Below, one piece after another: positions 29,023 through 39,898 of a stretch of DNA of 64,000 nucleotides; the stretch's first letter is position 1; every line of letters starts with the position of its first letter. The notes beneath the pieces were generated by a model. It searched no databases, had not been told where the DNA came from, and worked only from the letters and a program-made list of their open reading frames with translations. Made by a program: the position numbers and the translations under genes. The stretch is from contig CAXXWQ010000004.1 in assembly GCA_963674945.2 (NCBI GenBank), forward strand, positions 2,464,001 to 2,528,000, in the 5' to 3' direction. The stretch is from an uncultured Desulfosarcina sp. (GTDB taxonomy: Bacteria > Desulfobacterota > Desulfobacteria > Desulfobacterales > Desulfosarcinaceae).

Positions 29023-31158
29023 TTATTTCAGGTCGTAAAACTGCATTTTTCGTTGTAGTGTGCGCAGACCGATACCGAGCGCCTTTGCGGTTCGGGTTCG
29101 GTTCCAGCGGTGCTGGGCCAGGGCCGCATCGATCTGCCGCTTTTCGAACCGCTTCACGGCTTCGGCAAGGTTGGCGATGTCGGCATCCACCAACGCTTCT
29201 TTCTCCGGTTCCGGCATCGGCGCCGTATCGCCCACCAGATCGAGCCGTTTCAGGGTGACGAAGCGAAACATGACGTTCTGCAGTTCGCGGACATTGCCCG
29301 GCCAGTCGTATTTCATCAGGGTGTCGATGACCCGGGTGGTCACCTTGGGTCGGATTTTGCGATCGTAGGCTTTCAGAAAGTGATCCACCAGCAGGGGGAT
29401 ATCCTCCTTGCGTTTTCTCAGAGGCGGCAGTTGAATGGGAATCACGTGGATGCGATAGAAAAAATCGCTGCGCATCTGCCCCTTTCTCACCAGGTCCGGC
29501 AGGTTGCGGCTGGTGGCCGCGATGATGCGAAAATCGGGCTTTCGCACCTCGTTCGAACCGATCGGGGAGTAGCCGCCCCCTTCGATGGCGCGCAGCAGTT
29601 TGACTTGCATATCCTGCCGTATCTCGCCGATTTCGTCCAGAAACAGGCCACCGCCGTCGGCCTTGCCCAAAAAACCATCCTCGTCCCTTTCCGCCCCTGT
29701 GAAAGCCCCTTTTCGATGGCCGAAGAACTCCCGCTCCATCAGGGTTTCCGGAATGGCGCCGCAATTCACCGGAACGAACGGCTTATCGCGGCGGGCACTC
29801 ATGTTGTGGATCGCCCTGGCGACCAGTTCCTTGCCCGTGCCCGACTCCCCGTAGAGGATGATGTTGGTGTCCGAGGCGGCGGCCATCAACATCAATTCAT
29901 AGACCTCCTGCATGGCCGGGCTCTTGCCGACGATGTCGCCGAAGCGATGCCGATCTTCAATGGTGGAGCGCAGGCGGATGTTCTCCTCCAGCAGGTGGGC
30001 TTCGCTGTCGCGCAGCGCCTGCTCCATGCCCTTGCGCTCATGGATGTCCCGGATCATGGCCTGGCAGTAGAGCGTTCCATCGGAGAGGCGCACCGGCACA
30101 TTGACGCTGGAGTACCACCTCTGATCGTTGGGGTTTCTCATCTCGAAACGGACCGTCCGCCCTTCGAAGACCTGGTCGCTGACGCACCACACGCATTTGG
30201 ACCGGCGGTTGTGCAACGCCTCGTAACAGGTTCTTCCGGTGGCATCGAACCCCACATGGCGGATCAGATTTTCGTTCATGAAAAAAATTTTGTAATCCTG
30301 GCCGATGAAGTAGACGAACCCTTCATAGCCTTCCAGAATGGCACTGTACAGGGCCTCGCGGTCCCGCAACTCCTGGGTGGTCTGTTTCAGTGAGGTGATG
30401 TCGATCAAAGAGACGATGGTCCGACCGGGTTCGGGCAGCAGGCCCACCTTGGTGAAGATGTGCCTGACCCGGCCCTGGCGGTCGACGATCCGGCACTCAT
30501 ACTCGGAAGGCGCACTGCCGTCCCTGGCGCGGCGGGAGAAGTGATAGCCGTACACCATTTCATGATCATCCCCATGAATGAAATCGGTCCATTTCATGCG
30601 ATTCTCGATCTCATTGCGCGGGTAGCCGGTGAGTTCCTCGAACTTGGGGTTGACCATGGAGACGGTGAAATCCTGCTCCACCGCGATGGAAGGCGAGCCA
30701 GAATGGTGGAAAATAATGCGATAGCGGTTTTCGGCCAGCGACCAGTCGGCGGTGCGGGCCTCCATCTGGTGGCGCAGATTTTCCTGATGCCGGTGGAGCT
30801 GTTCCTCCATCTGTCTGAGCCTGGTGACGTTGCGCACAACCACAATGGCTTCTTCGTCGGTATAGCAGACCATCCGGGCTTCGTAGTGGCGCAACCCGTC
30901 GCTGAAGGTGATGCTGTACTCCAATTGCTGCTCCCGACGGGTTTTAAAAGCGTCCTCGAGATGGGACATGAACAGGTCGGCCGTATCCGCCGGCAGCACC
31001 TCCGTAAGCTTTTTGCCCAGGTATTCGTCCACCGGCCGGTAGAGATCATGGGGGGCGCCCTTGAAATCGAGAAACACGCCGTCACGATCCATGCGGATGA
31101 TCATATCGGGCATGGCGTCCAGGATGGCCGCACTGGCATTTTTTTCGTGGGTGGTCAT
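29023..31158 (-). CDS. PAS-domain sigma54-dependent activator (bEBP)
   Basis: Three PAS-like regions, GESGTGKE, GAFTGA, LFLDEIGE, WPGNVREL and a Fis-type HTH. Confidence 0.95.
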   Translation of the reverse strand: MTTHEKNASAAILDAMPDMIIRMDRDGVFLDFKGAPHDLYRPVDEYLGKKLTEVLPADTADLFMSHLEDAFKTRREQQLEYSITFSDGLRHYEARMVCYTDEEAIVVVRNVTRLRQMEEQLHRHQENLRHQMEARTADWSLAENRYRIIFHHSGSPSIAVEQDFTVSMVNPKFEELTGYPRNEIENRMKWTDFIHGDDHEMVYGYHFSRRARDGSAPSEYECRIVDRQGRVRHIFTKVGLLPEPGRTIVSLIDITSLKQTTQELRDREALYSAILEGYEGFVYFIGQDYKIFFMNENLIRHVGFDATGRTCYEALHNRRSKCVWCVSDQVFEGRTVRFEMRNPNDQRWYSSVNVPVRLSDGTLYCQAMIRDIHERKGMEQALRDSEAHLLEENIRLRSTIEDRHRFGDIVGKSPAMQEVYELMLMAAASDTNIILYGESGTGKELVARAIHNMSARRDKPFVPVNCGAIPETLMEREFFGHRKGAFTGAERDEDGFLGKADGGGLFLDEIGEIRQDMQVKLLRAIEGGGYSPIGSNEVRKPDFRIIAATSRNLPDLVRKGQMRSDFFYRIHVIPIQLPPLRKRKEDIPLLVDHFLKAYDRKIRPKVTTRVIDTLMKYDWPGNVRELQNVMFRFVTLKRLDLVGDTAPMPEPEKEALVDADIANLAEAVKRFEKRQIDAALAQHRWNRTRTAKALGIGLRTLQRKMQFYDLK

Positions 31159-31280
31159 CGGACGGGTCTCTCCCCTTCGCAACGCATCCCGATTCCCTGA
31201 ATTTCCAGCCTGCCGAGTGGCGTCGTCATCTCTTTAATAACATGATGCGACAGAAATGGCACGCACTGCAAATCGATAGT

Positions 31281-33254
31281 TTACGTCAATTCAATCTCCC
31301 TTAGGTAGATGCTTTTCCCCTCTTTGATGGTTTCCTCTATCTGAATCTCCCTGATCTTCATGGGCTCGATGGCCAGGGGATCGTCGGAGAGAACCACCAG
31401 GTCCGCCAGTTTACCCGTTTCAAGGGTACCCTTGCGGTCTTCCTCGAAATTCTGCCAGGCGGCATCCGCGGTGATGGCGCGCAGTGCCTCGAAAGGCGTG
31501 ATACGCTGTTCCGGGCCAAGCTCTTTGCCGCCCGATGTCACGCGGTTTACCGCTGACCAGGCCACCGTGAGCATTTCGATGCCGGCAACGGGTGCATCGT
31601 GGTGAAGGGTGATCTTTAGATTGCGGTCGAGGGCTGTACGTGACGGACTGATGCGTTCTGCCCGCTCCGGGCCGAGAAATATGTCGCGATGGCGGTCGCC
31701 CCAGAAATAGACGTGGATCGGGAAAAAGGACGGGGTCAGGCCATGTCGGGCGGAAAAATCGAGCTGATCCTCCCGCATGGTCTGGCCATGGACGATGGTG
31801 GTGCGCAGGTCCGGGCGGGGCTTGTCCCCGCGGGCCTTTTTCACGGCTGCGATGAGCATGTCCGTAGCGGCGGCGCCGTTGGTGTGGGCCTGAATCTGAA
31901 CTCTGGCCGCGTCGCAGCGCCGCACCCAGGTATCGACCTGTTCCTGGGTCATGCTCGGGTAGCCGCGATGGCCTTGGCCGGGCGACTGCAAATCTTCCAG
32001 GATATCGGTTTGGTTGTCCGGGCTGACGAAGAGGCTTTCGGCCTCCTCGCTGTCGCAATGGTCGGTAGTGATCTGAGCATTACCGGGTTGGACGTGGTAG
32101 GGCCGGGAAAGATACCCGGTGTAACCCTGGAGGGAGCCGTCCAGGGTAAGCTTGACGCCCCCCAGCCTCAGACGGCCCTGGTGGTTTCTATGGGCCGCAA
32201 TGGCATCGAAGGTGGCATCGTCGATCCCCTTATACAAGGCCCAGGCGTTGACATCGATGGGCAGTTTGCCCGCTTGTGCCATGGCGGCCAGAAGTTTCCA
32301 TGTGCCCTTGCCGCTGGCACAGTCCTGGGCCGTGGTAATGCCCGCCCGGGCATAGTGACGCAATCCCTCTTCCAGCATGGCCATGGCCTGTTCCGGCGTC
32401 GGCGTGGGAATCTTTTCTAAGACCAGAAGCATGGCATTCTCTTCCAGCACGCCGTTGGGCTCGGTGCTTCCGGGCCTGCGCTGGATGACGCCACCCTGGG
32501 GGTCTTTGGTATCCGCCGCGACGCCGATCTCTTCCATGAGCTTGCTGTTACCGGCCATTAAATGGGCGGAAATGTGCATCAGCACGATGGGATGCGCGGT
32601 GGACACCGCATCCAGGTCCTCACGGGTGGGATGTCGCTGTTCCTTGATGCCGGTATCGTCATAGCCCCAACCGATGACCCACTGCCCGGGAGCGAGTTTC
32701 TTCTCTTTGATCCAGTCGCGCAAGGCTTGCTGGATATCGGCGATGGAAGCGATCTCGCCGATGGGGACGGGGTCGAGGTTGGCCGTGGAAAATTTTACCG
32801 ACTGCAGCACCACATGGGAGTGGGGATCGTAAAACCCCGGCATGAGGGTCTTGCCCCCAAGATCGATCAGTTTTGTTTCACTTCCCTTGCTGGCCATGAC
32901 TTCGGTCTTCTTACCCACAACGAGAATTTTTCCATCTTTTACTGCCAGTGCCTCGGCCCGGTCACCATCTTTAACCATGGTCAATATGGGTCCCCCATGA
33001 TAGATGGTGTCTGCCAATGGACCCGTGCCGGCGGCCCGCGTGTCTGATTTGGCGGCCGTACAGCTCGTAAGCACGGAAGATGTGAGACCACCTATGGCAA
33101 ACATTCCGCCTGCGGCCGTCGTCCCCTTGATGAAATCACATCTCGATAATTTCAAGCCCGCATTTTCCATCATATTGACAAACAGGGTTGGCGTGCAGCC
33201 ACAACCACCTTCATGGATGCAATTTTGATCTTTCTTACGCTTTCCTGACATCAC
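31281..33254 (-). CDS. Amidohydrolase 3 (YtcJ-like) with Tat-like/lipoprotein leader
   Basis: IDLGGKTLMPGFYDPHSH, GVKLTLDGSLQG, HHDAPV and KGTLETGKLADLVVL motifs. Leader SRCDFIK...LTSC. Confidence 0.9.
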   Translation of the reverse strand: MMSGKRKKDQNCIHEGGCGCTPTLFVNMMENAGLKLSRCDFIKGTTAAGGMFAIGGLTSSVLTSCTAAKSDTRAAGTGPLADTIYHGGPILTMVKDGDRAEALAVKDGKILVVGKKTEVMASKGSETKLIDLGGKTLMPGFYDPHSHVVLQSVKFSTANLDPVPIGEIASIADIQQALRDWIKEKKLAPGQWVIGWGYDDTGIKEQRHPTREDLDAVSTAHPIVLMHISAHLMAGNSKLMEEIGVAADTKDPQGGVIQRRPGSTEPNGVLEENAMLLVLEKIPTPTPEQAMAMLEEGLRHYARAGITTAQDCASGKGTWKLLAAMAQAGKLPIDVNAWALYKGIDDATFDAIAAHRNHQGRLRLGGVKLTLDGSLQGYTGYLSRPYHVQPGNAQITTDHCDSEEAESLFVSPDNQTDILEDLQSPGQGHRGYPSMTQEQVDTWVRRCDAARVQIQAHTNGAAATDMLIAAVKKARGDKPRPDLRTTIVHGQTMREDQLDFSARHGLTPSFFPIHVYFWGDRHRDIFLGPERAERISPSRTALDRNLKITLHHDAPVAGIEMLTVAWSAVNRVTSGGKELGPEQRITPFEALRAITADAAWQNFEEDRKGTLETGKLADLVVLSDDPLAIEPMKIREIQIEETIKEGKSIYLREIELT

Positions 33255-33322
33255 TTTCCTCCATTTCTTCTAAAAGGCAAAGAAACGATGTCTCAGGGAA
33301 CCAACCGGTCAGCGGAAATCCA

Positions 33323-36300
33323 TTAAAAACGAACCCGAAACATCAGTCTGTATAAAACGGGAACGAATATCAGGGTGATCACCGTGGCAAACAGCAAGCC
33401 GAAGATGATCCCGATGGCCATGGGCTGCCACATCTCGCCGCCTCCCATCCACAACGGGATTAACCCTAAAGAAGTGGTGGCGGTGGTGAGCAGAATGGGA
33501 CGAAACCGCTGTTTGGCGGCGGCCACGATGGCCTCGCCTTCGGGCCGTTGAAACTCTTCCATCTCTATCTTGATTCGGTCCAGCAGCACGATGCCGTTGT
33601 TGATGACGATCCCGGAAAGGGAGATGATGCCCAAAAATCCGTTGAAACTGAAAAATGATCGTGTGATCAACAGACCGACGATCACCCCGATCACCCCCAG
33701 CGGGATGGTCAAGAGCACGATGATGGACTTTCGTAGGGAGTTGAACTGGCCGATCAGCAAAAGGACGACGATCATGAAAGACATGGGGAGATAGTTGAAA
33801 ACGGCACCGATGGACTTCTCACTCATTTCGGCATCGCCACCCAGTTCAAACCAGTAACCGGCCCCCCACTCTTTCTGCTGCGCATCCAGCCATGGCCGGA
33901 TTTGGCCCAAAACCCCGGCGGCCGTGTACCCCGTCTCGACTTCGGAAAGCACCGTCATGGTCCGATACTGGTCCCGTCGCAGAATCTTGGAGGCCTCCCA
34001 TTTTACCTGGATATCGGCCACCTGTTTCAGGGGGACGCTCTGCCCGGTCTGCTGATTGTACAGATTCATGGTCTCCAGCCGATCGATTTCCGGCGTTTCG
34101 GAAGACTCCCTTCGAATGACGATGGGAATGCTCTTGTCCTCTTCGCGAAAGCGTTCGACTTCCATGCCTCCCAGAAGGGTCTGCAGTGACGTGGCGATAT
34201 CCTGGCTGGTGATGCCTGCCAGTTGGGCTTTTGCCTGGTCCACCTTGACCAGCAATTTTTTCGACCGCAACCCCCAGTCGTCCTGGACATTCTTCGATCC
34301 GGGCACGGCGGCGACGTTGCCCTTGATCTGTTCGATAATATTCTGCAGTTTGTCCATCTGTTTGCCGGACACGCGGATGGCGATGGGCTGGGCCGATCCG
34401 CCCCCCTGCTGCAATCGGGAAATGGTGGCCGACATTTCCGGAAAACGATCCAGGCAGAAGTCCTCCAGACCGTCGATCACCTGCTGATTGATCGAATCGG
34501 ACGTGGTGTTGAGCAGAATGTGGGCCGAGTAGGGCGCCGTTTCCGGCGGGTTGTAGCCCAGGTCGTACTTGGGTGCCCCCTGGCCGATGTAGGAGGACCA
34601 GGAGGATACCCCTTCGGTGCGTTCGTCATTGGTGGCCAGGTGCTCGCGGACGAAGGCTTCGATGGCATCCACGGCAGCCGTCGTGCTCTCGATGGAGGTG
34701 CCGATGGGCAGCTCGATGTTGGCCGTGATCAGGGGCCGGTCGCTCTCCGGGACGAAGATGAAGGGAACAAAACCGGCCAGTTTCAGGGACACCACGAACA
34801 AAACGACGATGCCAGCGATCAGGAGCCACGGCTTTTTCAGGAAAAAGACCAGCCAGCCGGCGTAGACGTCGTTGAACCGGTCGAACACGGACGGCTTGTC
34901 CGACTGTTCGGTCCGGACGCGCAAAAAGGTGACGGCCAGGATGGGAACCACGGTGAGGGCGAGCAGCCACGAGGAGAGCAGTGCGATGGACACCACCACG
35001 AACAGGTTTCCCATGATCTCCCCCATGATCGATTCGGCCAGAAAAAAGGAGAGAAAGGCCGCCGAGGTGGTGAGGGTGGCGACCAGCAGGGGCACCATGA
35101 GTTCCCGGGAGGCGCTTATGGCCGCCGGTACCGCCTCTTCTCCTTTGGCCATCTTCACCATGATCGATTCGGACATGACGATGGCGTTGTCCACCAGCAT
35201 GCCCAAAGCGATGATGAGCGATGCCAGGGTCACCTTGTTGAGTCCGGTACCGATCAATGACATGACCAACAGGGTCACGATCATGGTACAGGGAATCAGG
35301 CTGACCACCACGAGACCGGTGCGCAATCCCAAGAAGACGAACATGACGATCATGACCACCACAACACTCTGGAAGAGATTGTTGACGAAATCCTTTACGG
35401 ATTTGTCCACCACGGTATCCTGGTAGGCCACCCGGATGAAGTCGACGCCGATGGGGTAGATCCGGCGATACTCGTTCAGCTTCTCGTCCACCTGCTGGCC
35501 CAACTGAATGATATTGCCGCCCTCTTTCAGGGAGATCGCCAGCACCAAACCTTTTTGCCCGTTGATCTTGACCAGGCTGGTGGGAGGATCGATGTATCCC
35601 CGGTAGATCCGGGTGACGTCTCCCAGATAGACCAGCTCCTGGCCCCCTTCGACGGGAATCAGGGTCTTGCGGATATCTTCCACGGTTTCGAAATTTCCCG
35701 TGGGTTCCAGGATGATTCTCTCCGGTCCCACTTCCACATTGCCGCCGGGAAAGATGATATTCTGGGCCGCCAGGGTCTGCTGCAGCTTCTGTCGGGTCAG
35801 CCCCAGCTCGGCCAGCTTGGCATCGTTGAAATCGATCCAGACGCGCTCCTCCTGATCTCCCGAGATCTCCACCTTGGCCGAATTGGGGATCTTGATCAGA
35901 CCGTCGCGCACATCGTCGGCGATCTCTTTTATTTCGGCGTAGCTGTAGCCTTCGGCCACGACGCCGATGATCAGGCCGAAAACGTCACCGATTTCGTCGT
36001 CCACCATTGGCACCACGCCTTGGGGCAGTTCCGGCTGAACCTGCTCCACTTTGCGGCGAATGCGGTCGAAGACCGGTTGCAGTTCTTTTACGCCGTCTTT
36101 CAGGGCGACGTTGACCACTGAGACACCGGTGCGCGACTCGCTGGTGATGTAGTCGACTTCGGGAATCTCCTGGATCACCTTCTCGATCTTGTCGGAAACC
36201 AGCATCTCCATTCGCTGCGGGCTGGCACCGGGGAAGGTGGATACGATGGTGAGATAGCGAATCAGAAAGGGCGGCATGTCGTCCCTGGGCATGTTATTAA

Positions 36301-36385
36301 AGACGGAGACGCCGAACCCGATGAGAATCACCAGGATCGAGAAAACCAGGGTTTTGTTCCTGATGGCGATTTCGGTAGGATTCAT
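33323..36385 (-). CDS. RND efflux permease (AcrB/CzcA superfamily)
   Basis: 1020 aa with ALGMLVDNAIV, GIVINNGIVLLD and RFRPILLTT motifs. Confidence 0.95.
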   Translation of the reverse strand: MNPTEIAIRNKTLVFSILVILIGFGVSVFNNMPRDDMPPFLIRYLTIVSTFPGASPQRMEMLVSDKIEKVIQEIPEVDYITSESRTGVSVVNVALKDGVKELQPVFDRIRRKVEQVQPELPQGVVPMVDDEIGDVFGLIIGVVAEGYSYAEIKEIADDVRDGLIKIPNSAKVEISGDQEERVWIDFNDAKLAELGLTRQKLQQTLAAQNIIFPGGNVEVGPERIILEPTGNFETVEDIRKTLIPVEGGQELVYLGDVTRIYRGYIDPPTSLVKINGQKGLVLAISLKEGGNIIQLGQQVDEKLNEYRRIYPIGVDFIRVAYQDTVVDKSVKDFVNNLFQSVVVVMIVMFVFLGLRTGLVVVSLIPCTMIVTLLVMSLIGTGLNKVTLASLIIALGMLVDNAIVMSESIMVKMAKGEEAVPAAISASRELMVPLLVATLTTSAAFLSFFLAESIMGEIMGNLFVVVSIALLSSWLLALTVVPILAVTFLRVRTEQSDKPSVFDRFNDVYAGWLVFFLKKPWLLIAGIVVLFVVSLKLAGFVPFIFVPESDRPLITANIELPIGTSIESTTAAVDAIEAFVREHLATNDERTEGVSSWSSYIGQGAPKYDLGYNPPETAPYSAHILLNTTSDSINQQVIDGLEDFCLDRFPEMSATISRLQQGGGSAQPIAIRVSGKQMDKLQNIIEQIKGNVAAVPGSKNVQDDWGLRSKKLLVKVDQAKAQLAGITSQDIATSLQTLLGGMEVERFREEDKSIPIVIRRESSETPEIDRLETMNLYNQQTGQSVPLKQVADIQVKWEASKILRRDQYRTMTVLSEVETGYTAAGVLGQIRPWLDAQQKEWGAGYWFELGGDAEMSEKSIGAVFNYLPMSFMIVVLLLIGQFNSLRKSIIVLLTIPLGVIGVIVGLLITRSFFSFNGFLGIISLSGIVINNGIVLLDRIKIEMEEFQRPEGEAIVAAAKQRFRPILLTTATTSLGLIPLWMGGGEMWQPMAIGIIFGLLFATVITLIFVPVLYRLMFRVRF

Positions 36386-37479
36386 TGGGGAACCCGGACT
36401 TTCATCTGGTCGGTGATCATGGAGACGCCGGAGGTGACGATGAACTCCCCTTCGGTCAGCCCATATAGGATCTCAATGCCGGCCCCGCTCAGCTCACCCA
36501 CGGTCACCGGGGTGCGATGAACCGTTGCGAATCCCTCTTCCGGACCCATTGTCAGGGCAAAGACAAACCGCCCATCTCTGTCCTCGGCCACGGCCACGGC
36601 CGGCACATGGATCCGCTTACCCCCGCCGTCATCGTCGAAGGCGAAGGTCACCTCCGCGGGCATGCCCGGACGGATCTCGTCGGTCACCTGATCGAGACGC
36701 ACGGAGACCGGGTAGGTCGAGGCGGCGGAGGCCACATGGGAAACCTTGGTGACCACGCCGGTATAGGGCCGGGGGGAGTGGGCAAACCGGACGGAGGTTT
36801 TCAGGCCGGGCGCCACCCGCTGGATGAAGGTGCCGGGCATTCCCACTTCGACCTCCATGTTGGCTCCGGAGATGATCGACGCGACCAATTGTCCGGCCTG
36901 CACGTTTTCATTTTTCTCCACCGGTACTTCGGCCACATAGCCGTCTACCGGGGAGAACAGCACTCCGTAGGAGAGCTGCCGTTTTTGCAGGTCCAACTGC
37001 TTTTGCTTGGACTCGTAAGTGGCCTTGGCCGAGGAATACTGGTTCTTGGCCCCCTCATATTCACTCAGGGCGATATTGTTGTTCTCATACAATTCCCGGA
37101 TCCGGTTGAGATTGGATCGTGCGGTCTCCTGCTGGACACGGGCGTTTTCCACTTCGGCCCTGGCCTCTTCCAGCCGCAGGGTCAAGTCGATGGTGTCGAT
37201 GGCGGCCACCCGGTCCCCTTTTTTCACCGCTTGTCCGACCTCCACATCGATGGTGGTAATAATCCCTCCCACCTGAAAGCTGAGATTGGTTATGGTTTCC
37301 GCCTTTGATACACCCGAGAAGGTTCGCATCAGATTTCCCGCCGACGCCTCGACCTTTTGGTAGCGGACGGGCCGTACGACGGGTTTGGGCGCCACTGATT
37401 CATCGCTACAGCCCAGGAGAAAAAGGGCGATGATGATTGTCAATCCGGTCATACGGAATCGTTTCATGGTCATGATCAC
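36382..37479 (-). CDS. RND membrane fusion protein
   Basis: Lipobox LLGC, LSFQVGG, VGQAVKKG and SPVDG motifs. Confidence 0.93.
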   Translation of the reverse strand: MIMTMKRFRMTGLTIIIALFLLGCSDESVAPKPVVRPVRYQKVEASAGNLMRTFSGVSKAETITNLSFQVGGIITTIDVEVGQAVKKGDRVAAIDTIDLTLRLEEARAEVENARVQQETARSNLNRIRELYENNNIALSEYEGAKNQYSSAKATYESKQKQLDLQKRQLSYGVLFSPVDGYVAEVPVEKNENVQAGQLVASIISGANMEVEVGMPGTFIQRVAPGLKTSVRFAHSPRPYTGVVTKVSHVASAASTYPVSVRLDQVTDEIRPGMPAEVTFAFDDDGGGKRIHVPAVAVAEDRDGRFVFALTMGPEEGFATVHRTPVTVGELSGAGIEILYGLTEGEFIVTSGVSMITDQMKVRVPQ

Positions 37480-39842
37480 TTTTTTCGGTGTTCTTTGAGG
37501 TATTGTTCGAACCGATTGAAAAAATCCACCTGCTGCTGTTTGGTTGTCAACATGACGAAGCGCCCCATGGATCGTTCCAGGTTCAGGTAACTGATGAAAT
37601 ACTCGTAAACGGCGTTGGCCGCAGCCAGTTTTGAGGTAAGGGCCACGTTTTGGGCGTCCAGCAGTTGTACGATGGCAACCAGCCCTTTCTCATAGGAATC
37701 CTGCACCAGATCGAGGCTCTTGGCTCCGGCTTCGGCCGCCCTGCGGGAGAGTTCGATGTTGAAGGTTTTGGTTACGAGATCCAGGACATTGTTGCGAAGG
37801 GTCAACTCCAGGCCATGAATCAGATCGGCCCGTTGGGTCTGCAGTCGGGAGATGTCGATGCGAAGCTGACGGGTCCGAACGGAAATCTCGCCACCCGGGA
37901 AAAGGGGCCAGCTGGCGTTCACCCCCACCTGCCACGAATTTTCGTCCGGAAGGTCTATTTCGGATCCGGCACCGTCACGGGAAAAGACTTGGTCCGTCCG
38001 GGCGCTTGCCACCACATCGGGAAGAAAACGCTTGCGCCCATAGGAAGTGAGGATTCGTTCGTTTGCCAGTATGGCTTCGTCGATCTCCTTGATTTCCGGC
38101 AAGCTCTCCGTGGTTTCTGCGACCAGAAAATCCGTGGCCAATTTCATGGATGCCGGATTGTCCACGTATTTTCGAAAATCGGCTTCCGGATATTGGCTGA
38201 ACAGGTGTTCGGACAGGTGCACGTCGGCGACCGAGAACTCTTCATCGATGGGCCGAAACAGGATCTGATTCAATCGCTGTTTCGTGGCGAGAAGGGTGGT
38301 GTGGGCTTCGATAAGGGAATTTTTGGCGGAGGCCAGTTCACTCTCCCATCGATAGACATCGGCGGCGCCGGCATACCCCACGGCCAGCCGTTTTTGGGCG
38401 ATGTGAAGATTCTCCTTGACCAGTTCCATATAATCTCTGCGAATCCGACGGTTTGTTATGGCCCGCAGAATATCGAAGTAGGCCACGCCGCTGCTCAGGA
38501 CGGTGTCCAACTCCGTTTGATCGAGGCTGTACTCGGAGGCCATCATTTCGTGGCGGCGAACGGCCAGGCTGGCAAGCAGGGATTCGGAAAAAAGGACCTG
38601 ATCCAGCGTTGCCGCTCCGCTGACCGTTCTTTCCGCCGTTCCCTGGATTGCCTGGTTTTCGTCCACCACCCGTGCCCCGGCCGAGAGACCCACCTGGGGA
38701 AACAATTGGGTCCTGGCAAGTCCCACATCCTTCTCTTTGGACTGGTAGGCCTTTCTTTGGGCGGCCAGGGTCCGGTTGGCGGCCAAGGCCTGGGTGATGG
38801 TGTCTGTAAGCCCTATCGTAATACCAGCCGATGAACCTGCATCGATGAGCTCGGCTTCCAGAAGGATATCCCATGAGGGCGAGAAACCGATCCGGCGGGC
38901 CGTCGTCATGTTCACGTACAGGTTCTGCTGGCGCTCTAGACGTATGGGCAGCGTGGCCGGATCTTCACCATTGAGGATTCGTTCGATGTTCAGGGCTACA
39001 CGTCGAATCAGCCGGGGAGAATCCGTTGCCGGCCGGGTGGTGGCCAGCGCACCCAGTTTCAGATCCCCTTCCCCCATGATGGCGAAGGTGGGTAGTCTTT
39101 GTCTGTTTATTTTTTCAATGAGCGCGGCCCTTTCGCTCTTTTCGAACCGATACAGACTCCCGATGATTACCGCGTCTACGTTTTCGGCCAGTTTGTCCAC
39201 ATCCACGTCCACGGAATCCACACCAATGGGAAGCACCTCGATGCCTCTTTTTGCCAAAATTGCGGTCAGGGGATTGTGTATGGGAAAGAGTTCCAGCAGG
39301 CGGCGGTCTTCGATCAGTGCGATTTTTTTGAACGGATACAGAGAAAAAAAGGATTCCATATCCGCGTCCAGAGACTGGGGGAACGTGATGAAGGTCAGAT
39401 TGGCGACACCCGATCTATTGTCAGGCGTGACCGGGATGTTCTGCATTTCCGGGTCGATTACGCCGACGGCGATGAAGGGCTTCGGGTAGACCGGCCGGCG
39501 GGTAAGTATCGCGCTGTTTAGCGGCCCGATGCCCACGATGATATCGATCCGAGGATCCGCGACGAGGCGTTGGTAATTTTTTTCGATGCATTCGGTGGAC
39601 CAGTTGCACTGCAAAATTTGGTCGGGTTCCATGGAGACGGTATACCGGGGTTGGAGAAGATTGGACAGTTCGGTTTCCAGCTGGCGGACAAACCCCATGT
39701 TTTCCTCTTTTTCCACATCCAGGAGGATACCGAGGCGAATCGTCTTGTTTTTGTTTGCCGACTGTGCATTGCTCTCGACTGGAAAAGCGGCGATGAAAAT
39801 GAGAAGCAAAGCGATGAAAATTCTGAATGCAAATCGATCCAA
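37476..39842 (-). CDS. TolC-family outer membrane factor with N-terminal substrate-binding-like domain
   Basis: The C-terminal about 450 aa has OEP repeats. The N-terminal about 330 aa ends ...ILNGEDPATLPI...LYVNMTTARRIG, as in ABC_sub_bind proteins. The start is probably TTG 39842, because 39911 lies inside the repeat. Confidence 0.85.
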   Translation of the reverse strand: MDRFAFRIFIALLLIFIAAFPVESNAQSANKNKTIRLGILLDVEKEENMGFVRQLETELSNLLQPRYTVSMEPDQILQCNWSTECIEKNYQRLVADPRIDIIVGIGPLNSAILTRRPVYPKPFIAVGVIDPEMQNIPVTPDNRSGVANLTFITFPQSLDADMESFFSLYPFKKIALIEDRRLLELFPIHNPLTAILAKRGIEVLPIGVDSVDVDVDKLAENVDAVIIGSLYRFEKSERAALIEKINRQRLPTFAIMGEGDLKLGALATTRPATDSPRLIRRVALNIERILNGEDPATLPIRLERQQNLYVNMTTARRIGFSPSWDILLEAELIDAGSSAGITIGLTDTITQALAANRTLAAQRKAYQSKEKDVGLARTQLFPQVGLSAGARVVDENQAIQGTAERTVSGAATLDQVLFSESLLASLAVRRHEMMASEYSLDQTELDTVLSSGVAYFDILRAITNRRIRRDYMELVKENLHIAQKRLAVGYAGAADVYRWESELASAKNSLIEAHTTLLATKQRLNQILFRPIDEEFSVADVHLSEHLFSQYPEADFRKYVDNPASMKLATDFLVAETTESLPEIKEIDEAILANERILTSYGRKRFLPDVVASARTDQVFSRDGAGSEIDLPDENSWQVGVNASWPLFPGGEISVRTRQLRIDISRLQTQRADLIHGLELTLRNNVLDLVTKTFNIELSRRAAEAGAKSLDLVQDSYEKGLVAIVQLLDAQNVALTSKLAAANAVYEYFISYLNLERSMGRFVMLTTKQQQVDFFNRFEQYLKEHRKK

Positions 39843-39898
39843 TGGAAACGCCACCTCATTTTTTGCATTTGCGGAGAGTCTGATCGGGTGTGAATGTT

